From NCBI RefSeq assembly GCF_018398935.1, contig NZ_CP074694.1, positions 390,001 through 422,000 of the forward strand: a DNA stretch of 32,000 nt, given 5' to 3'. The translations under genes and the position numbers were made by a program. Each line of letters begins with the position of its first letter. The stretch's first letter is position 1. The notes under the pieces are model-generated. The model ran no database searches, was not told where the DNA came from, and saw only the letters and a program-made list of their open reading frames with translations. The DNA is from Telmatocola sphagniphila (lineage in GTDB: Bacteria > Planctomycetota > Planctomycetia > Gemmatales > Gemmataceae). This document shows positions 26,986 to 32,000 of the stretch, in pieces.

Positions 26986-27120
26986 CGATTTTCTCCGTCT
27001 TAAACTCTCCGGCACTCCCAATTTGAGTGCCGGAGAGTTTAAGATTCTGATTTTGGGTTTTTCTAACAAGGTCCTGAATTGAACTTTGCCTGTAAGTGAG
27101 GGAGTCGAAAGTCGTTTGGC

Positions 27121-28341
27121 TCAGCCTTTAATTTTCGCGAGTGTTTCCCCCGCTTGTTCGCGGATCGAATTCTTGGGATCTTGAAGAAGGATTTGAACCA
27201 TAGGCACGGCCGCCTTCGCCTCCGGTCCGAAATCGGCCAGTCCTTCCAGAGCACTCATCCGAACATCCCCATCCATGTCCTTCAATGCATCCATCAGCGC
27301 CGGCACTGCCACCGAGGGATTTTTCCCAATCGCCCCCAACGCTTCCACGGCCGACAGACGAACATGAACCTGCTTATCTTTAACCAATTTCACCAGCGAC
27401 GGCACGGCCGGCTCCGCCTCCTCACCAATTTGCCCGAGCGATTCCGCGGCCGCCGCTCGTACCTCGGCATTCTTATCTTCCAGAAGATCCTGCAAACGGG
27501 GCACGGCCGCTTTCGCCTTTTCCCCAAACTTACCGATCGCTTCCGCCGACGCGGCTCGCAGGTCTTCGGAAGGCTCTTTCAGACTGGCAATCAAGACCAG
27601 CAATCCATTCTCAGCGGCCGGACCGATATTTCCGAGGGCCTCGGCACAACTGATTCGCACGGCCGGATTACGATTCGAATCGGACAGCAACTTGCAAAGA
27701 ATCGGCACGGCTTTCACGGCATCCGGACCAATCTTCCCGAGCGATTCCGCGGCGGTCGCTCGTAATTCGGGTCCTTCCTCCGGACTATTGGACTTGCTGC
27801 GAATATCGATGTCGAGAATCGCGATCAATGCCGGCACGGCCTCCTTGGCCTGCGGTCCCACTCGACCCAGGCCTCGGGCGATCAAAGTACGAACAGCGGT
27901 AGGATTTGCTCGCTCATCCCGAAGCATTTTCACCAGAGTCGGCACCTGCTGGTAGGCCGCTTCGCCCATACCGCCCAGAGCATCCGCCGCCACCCCGCGA
28001 AGGCGAGGTTTGTCATCGCTCAGTGCGGCCACCAGTTCCGGAACGGTTTCCTTGGCCTCCTCGCCGATACTGGAAATCAGTTCGATCGCCAGAATTCGGA
28101 CTTCCTTGTCGCTATGGTGAATGACTTTGCATAGGGAGGGAACCAATTTCTTATTGGTACTGGCTCGCTCCAGCACTTTATCTGCGCGATTGTGCGTCGG
28201 GTTATCGTCGCTATGAAGATCTTTGAGCCATTTGCTGATCGGCTTGCCTTCCAGGACCGGATCGATCTGGGGATCTTCCGCCTGGGCCGAAGAAACAATC
28301 GAGGTCAAAAATATGCAAAGAATAGCTATTGGCTTGTTCAT
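27121..28341 (-). CDS. Secreted HEAT-repeat (PBS-lyase HEAT-like) protein
   Basis: There is a signal peptide (MNKPIAILCIFLTSIVSSAQA). About ten units follow, each roughly 30-40 aa, of the form VRxxAAEALGxIGxxAxxAVPxLxxLLxD. Confidence 0.8.
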   Translation of the reverse strand: MNKPIAILCIFLTSIVSSAQAEDPQIDPVLEGKPISKWLKDLHSDDNPTHNRADKVLERASTNKKLVPSLCKVIHHSDKEVRILAIELISSIGEEAKETVPELVAALSDDKPRLRGVAADALGGMGEAAYQQVPTLVKMLRDERANPTAVRTLIARGLGRVGPQAKEAVPALIAILDIDIRSKSNSPEEGPELRATAAESLGKIGPDAVKAVPILCKLLSDSNRNPAVRISCAEALGNIGPAAENGLLVLIASLKEPSEDLRAASAEAIGKFGEKAKAAVPRLQDLLEDKNAEVRAAAAESLGQIGEEAEPAVPSLVKLVKDKQVHVRLSAVEALGAIGKNPSVAVPALMDALKDMDGDVRMSALEGLADFGPEAKAAVPMVQILLQDPKNSIREQAGETLAKIKG

Positions 28342-28377
28342 GAGATTAGCCCTTTCAATTCAGTGGATTGGGGGTCT

Positions 28378-28770
28378 TTAATGGAACGGTATGATTCGAA
28401 CTTCAAAACCTTGTGAGCGCAGCAGGTGAGCGACCCCAGCCGCAGCGCCTCGATTGTGGGCGATCGATTGATTTCTCCAGCGCGGCATCTTGGCCACGAC
28501 AACATGCCCTTTATGATCGCGTTTGATATGGGTGATCCAGCCCTGACGATTCAGATGATGGGCCAGCCGATGGGCCGCTTCCGAACTTGGGACATGATGG
28601 AGAACCGGCCGCGGATGTCGGATTTGAATCCGAAACTTTTGCACGACATGGGGCTTGGGGGGTGCCTTTTTCTGAGCGTAAGCTGGGGAAGGGGCCCCGA
28701 GGCTTGCTACGAGAAGCCCCGCCATCAGAATTCCCAGAGCCAAGGATTTACGAACAACCAATAACTTCAT
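28378..28770 (-). CDS. Small secreted His/Arg-rich hypothetical protein (possible SPOR-like fold)
   Basis: Start chosen at the complement ATG at 28768..28770, giving a signal peptide (MKLLVVRKSLALGILMAGLLVASLGAPSPAYA). It lies 36 nt upstream of the HEAT gene on the same strand. The SPOR-like beta-alpha-beta-beta pattern is only a weak by-eye impression. Confidence 0.45.
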   Translation of the reverse strand: MKLLVVRKSLALGILMAGLLVASLGAPSPAYAQKKAPPKPHVVQKFRIQIRHPRPVLHHVPSSEAAHRLAHHLNRQGWITHIKRDHKGHVVVAKMPRWRNQSIAHNRGAAAGVAHLLRSQGFEVRIIPFH

Positions 28771-29084
28771 GGATATCTCCCGGCGGTAATGTTTTCGATC
28801 CGTAAGTAAAATGCAGACCAACTCCCATTCTCACGGATAAAAATAAATTTAAATAAATGGAGTTTGAGAACGCATGGCTCGAGGCGATGTCAAAACTAAC
28901 GCTTATGCAGCCCGGGCATTTTTTGCATACTGCATCGACCACCAACTCAATATTCTCTGCGGAAATAGCGTTCAATCCAGGAGATTTGGCAAGCGTTATC
29001 GCCTTGGAATTCTGCAGTAGTCGTGAATCAGTCCGTCAGCGAACCTTGAAGTTTCCGTAAGTGGAATTTCCGGTGCCGGCGGAT

Positions 29085-29873
29085 TTAGGGCTTAGCATCG
29101 GAATCTTCATTCAATTCTTTGATTTCAATATTTCGATAATGGACTTCCCCAACCCGCTTCATAAACCCGATCCGGCCGTAAAAACGGTTTAGACCTGGCA
29201 CGAATTTTTGGGGTCGAGAAACCTTGTTCAGCATGACATTTTGGATTTCGGTCCCATTTAAAGTCATACGGAGAAATTGCCCCTTCAACTCAAGCTCGAA
29301 ATCGTTCCACTCACCCGGTTTTCGAAGATCAATTAATCGATCTGGAGGTAGGAAGGGCATGGGGCCAACTGTCCAAAGAAGAGCACCGGGAACAAACGCG
29401 TTCGATTGAGTCGGAGAACGCTTGCCGACAATGGCCGTTAAATGCCAGGGGATATTTTCTGTCCAAAGTGGTTCGACGCATTGAACGGTTTCGTGAGGTA
29501 TCGCGCGGAGTGCAACCCCGCTCCAATCGTAGGGTCCATTAGCTTGCAGGAACTGAAACCGAAGAACAAAATCTTTATAGTCCTTAGTGGAAAATAGATA
29601 TCCCTGAGTTTTGAGTGTGGCCTCAGTGTCATCGGCTACTCCGATGGCGCACAATTCCCCCTCCTTGATCGCCCAACTACTCGGTGCGCCACTTTCGACT
29701 TCCCAGCCTGTAAAATCCTTCCCATTAAAAATTGAGACGAAACCGCCCTGGTGTTTCGTCGAATTGCCGTCCAGGGATTGGATCTGAATGCTCTTTCGAC
29801 TTCCCGGATCGACCTCGAACTCCTCACCGAAAATTATCCCTTTGCTGGTCAGGACTTCCAGTCGATGTTTTTG
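29085..29873 (-). pseudogene. 3' fragment of receptor Ser/Thr kinase K4 (second half of PEGA-like domain plus DUF1080), separated from its 5' part by IS copy 2
   Basis: It translates as QKHRLEVLTSKGIIFGEEFEVDPGSRKSIQIQS...GFVSIFNGKDFTGW...HYRNIEIKELNEDSDAKP*, colinear with the K3 ectodomain. The ORF-track ORF 29085..29981 owes its first 36 codons to IS sequence. Confidence 0.85.
29865..29873. repeat. Target-site duplication of IS copy 2: ATGTTTTTG (encodes QKH on the minus strand)
   Basis: The identical 9-mer lies at 31339..31347, directly flanking the other IS end. Confidence 0.85.
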
Positions 29874-31338
29874 GTAATAACTCACGCCCTGGCCAAGAGA
29901 GAAGGGGCTTTCTCTTGGGCAAAGTGAGCCTGTACCGCTTGAGTCATCCAGGCGAATGAGTTCCGTTTCTGCTGACGACAAGTTTCGATCGCGGTCAGCA
30001 TTCGTTCAACGAACCGACTCCCCTGGGCCGATTGGGTTCCAAAGCATAACTTCCGCCAAATGACCGCGGGCCGCAAAGCCCGCTCGGCGGCATTATTGGT
30101 GGGCTCTACTCCTTCGACATCGACGAACGTCCAAAGCCGAGCCCGGTATTTCCAGAGTTCGGAGCAAAAGCCACGCAGCTTCGGATCGAATTTTCCTCGC
30201 AAGAGCAAGGCTTCGACTTCGCTTCGTATGGGGATCATTTGTTCGCCGAACGCTTTATGGCTGAGGGTTCCGTCCCGAACGCGATTCCAGAGTTCGAACA
30301 TCGCCCGAGTCTGTCGTTGCAAGTCGTGTCCTAAGCGTCGAGCGACCGGACAGGGGCGATCGATGAGGCTTTGGAAGTCGCGGAGCAAATGAGCCCAGCA
30401 CCACTGCAAGCGTCCGAAAGCCCAATACATCTTGGCCCGGTCGCAGCCTAGAACGCCGGTAAATGAATCGCCCAGGAATTCGAGGACCACCTGGGCTTTG
30501 CGGCTGGTGCGGAGAGCGAAGACGCTGAAAGTCGCGGCTACAAAAGTCCAGGTCCAGGCTTTGGCGAGCCCTTCTTTGGTGGGCGATTCGTCGCCGTTGA
30601 GGACCGCTTCCCCAGGCAAGGCTAAGGCCAACTCCTGGTAGGGGGCTTGCAAGGCTTCGGCGGCTCGGTTCTGCAGTTTGATCATCCAGGAAGCCGAAGC
30701 CTCCTGACCCAGGATTTGTTCCAGAAACAGGGCGCAGCGTCGTTTGGAGAGCCGGAAGCAGACCATCAACAAAGCGGACAAAGCAACCAATCGAGGCCCG
30801 GCCATTCCGACAGGCACGCCTGGGGGTAATTCTCCGCAGGTGGTCTTGCCGCACGAACAGCGCAGACGATGGAGTTGATATTCCGTAATCGAAGGCTTGA
30901 TTTCGGGAATCTCCCAGACCTGATGACGCAAAGGCTGGGGATCTGTTCCGTTCAAAGGTTCGCCACAACGGCGGCATTCGGCCGGTAAACAAACAATGAC
31001 GCCGTCGCACTCGTGTGCGGAAACCAAAGAGCGTTCGTGTTTGGGATGCCCCGGTTGGCCGCCCGACTTCCGTTTGGCCTTCTTTTGGGCTTGCTTCGAA
31101 AGCTTGGCGTGGGGATGTTGCGTTGAAGGCGGCTTCGAAGAGTTGCTGGAATCCTTGCCGAGCTTCGCTTCCAGTTCGGCGATGCGGTTCAAAAGAATCC
31201 GCAGCACAGCCTGAACTTCCGGCGTTTGGCGAACAAGCCATTCTTCGCTGACAGACTCCATGCCCCGAGTATGAGATAATTAATTCCCCAGCGCAAGAGC
31301 AATTCCCGATAATCTCAGGACGAGGTGTGAGCGGTTAC
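29874..31338 (-). mobile_element. IS66-family insertion sequence, copy 2, 1,465 bp, inverted relative to copy 1
   Basis: It has the same termini and length as copy 1. The transposase and all overlapping alternative-frame and antisense ORF translations in the track are identical between copies, which implies nucleotide identity across the coding region. Confidence 0.93.
29882..31261 (-). CDS. IS66-family transposase (identical to 12810..14189)
   Basis: The 459-aa translation is identical to copy 1. Confidence 0.93.
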   Translation of the reverse strand: MESVSEEWLVRQTPEVQAVLRILLNRIAELEAKLGKDSSNSSKPPSTQHPHAKLSKQAQKKAKRKSGGQPGHPKHERSLVSAHECDGVIVCLPAECRRCGEPLNGTDPQPLRHQVWEIPEIKPSITEYQLHRLRCSCGKTTCGELPPGVPVGMAGPRLVALSALLMVCFRLSKRRCALFLEQILGQEASASWMIKLQNRAAEALQAPYQELALALPGEAVLNGDESPTKEGLAKAWTWTFVAATFSVFALRTSRKAQVVLEFLGDSFTGVLGCDRAKMYWAFGRLQWCWAHLLRDFQSLIDRPCPVARRLGHDLQRQTRAMFELWNRVRDGTLSHKAFGEQMIPIRSEVEALLLRGKFDPKLRGFCSELWKYRARLWTFVDVEGVEPTNNAAERALRPAVIWRKLCFGTQSAQGSRFVERMLTAIETCRQQKRNSFAWMTQAVQAHFAQEKAPSLLARA

Positions 31339-31347
31339 ATGTTTTTG
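31339..31347. repeat. Target-site duplication of IS copy 2: ATGTTTTTG
   Basis: Matches 29865..29873 exactly. Confidence 0.85.
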
Positions 31348-32000
31348 GCCGCTGGAAACTTCAATTTCAATTTGTTTAGAATTCTTCGTATCGATGGATT
31401 GGATTTTACCGTCGACCTTGATCTGCGAGCCTTCGGGGAGGCTCTCTAAAACCAAAACTCCCTGTTTGGCTCTCATTCTGAATCGGTCGCTGAACTGCAA
31501 GAGCACTATACCGACTAGGAGTGCGACGATTCCCACTCCAAAAAACACAAAACTCCCTGGGCGTCGGAGTTTTGTGTTTTTTAATGGCATCAGGAGGGAC
31601 GATTTCGAATGTTGGGGGGCTAATTTTGGGGGGTCAAGTTCTACTTGCAATAAATTAGCTTCTCGGGGTTCTCCCTCCGCGCGAGGCAGCTCCGGATTTT
31701 CTTTTCTCTTCGGTTCCGCCTTGGAAACTCTCGTCAATTCCTCGATCACTTCTTTGGGAGATTTTGGTCGATCGGACGGTTCGATGGCCATCATTTTCTG
31801 GATGCACTGGGCGAGTTCTTTTGAGACATCGTTCCAAAGTTCCGAAACATCGGGTCGGGGATCCTGCCAATGCTTGAAAATCAGATCGCCTATGGATTCT
31901 CCGGAAAAAGGAGGTTGACCAGTCAGAAGAAAATAAAAGGTACATCCCAACGAATAGATGTCGGCTCGGATATCCGCATCCTTGGTATTGCAGGCTTGTT
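31339..32000 (-). pseudogene. 5' fragment of receptor Ser/Thr kinase K4 (kinase C-lobe, TM, first half of PEGA-like domain); N-terminus lies beyond the window edge
   Basis: The frame is open to position 32000 (…QACNTKDADIRADIYSLGCTFYFLLTGQPPF…), colinear with K1 to K3. The TM is FVFFGVGIVALLVGIVLLQF and the PEGA-like segment is LESLPEGSQIKVDGKI. After GQKH the frame runs into the IS end and stops after 7 foreign codons (VTAHTSS*, stop at 31315..31317). Confidence 0.85.

Noticed and set aside
28822-29084. Small hairpins (ATGCAG...CTGCAT, and the GCCCGGGC palindrome) as a terminator of K4
   Set aside because: The stem is only 6 bp with a 21-nt loop, and there is no U-tract in the transcribed (minus) orientation. 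This is too weak to call.
12733-31338. The two IS66 copies plus the intervening 15.7 kb as a composite transposon carrying the kinase/ABC genes
   Set aside because: Each IS copy is flanked by its own matching 9-bp duplication (ACTTAACCC for copy 1, ATGTTTTTG for copy 2). A composite transposition would put one matching duplication at the two outer ends only. Copy 2 is also a simple insertion inside a resident paralogous gene.

Overview
The window looks like a Planctomycetota-type chromosomal region. That assignment is an inference from gene content: DUF1080-bearing receptor Ser/Thr kinases, many FHA domains, a Tat-signal TIM-barrel enzyme and HEAT-repeat secreted proteins. From the left: the end of a sulfate ABC importer operon (sbp-cysT, minus strand), a stand-alone FtsH/M41-like HEXXH protein, an Imm_superinfect-like membrane protein, an XRE-cupin regulator with a GNAT acetyltransferase, and a gamma-glutamyltransferase-family protein. 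A perfect 50-unit heptanucleotide microsatellite (GCTGACT)n then sits between convergent genes, followed by a small hypothetical gene and a Tat-signal sugar-phosphate isomerase/epimerase-like gene.

From about 8.6 kb to the right edge the window is dominated by a phospho-threonine signalling locus:
- a translationally coupled three-gene operon (secreted protein, 2xFHA protein, FHA-TM-ectodomain protein);
- four paralogous minus-strand receptor Ser/Thr kinases, K1 to K4;
- an Rv1747-type FHA-FHA-ABC exporter.

Each kinase whose N-terminus is visible (K1-K3) starts with a zinc-anti-sigma-like HX3CX2C motif. Their extracytoplasmic parts are PEGA plus DUF1080, or unassigned.

Two apparently identical 1,465-bp single-ORF IS66-family elements lie in inverted orientation, each with its own 9-bp target duplication. 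One sits between K1 and the FHA operon. The other splits K4 inside its PEGA domain. No PP2C phosphatase, sigma factor, rRNA, tRNA or CRISPR array was seen. All homology calls are by-eye motif recognition; no searches were run.
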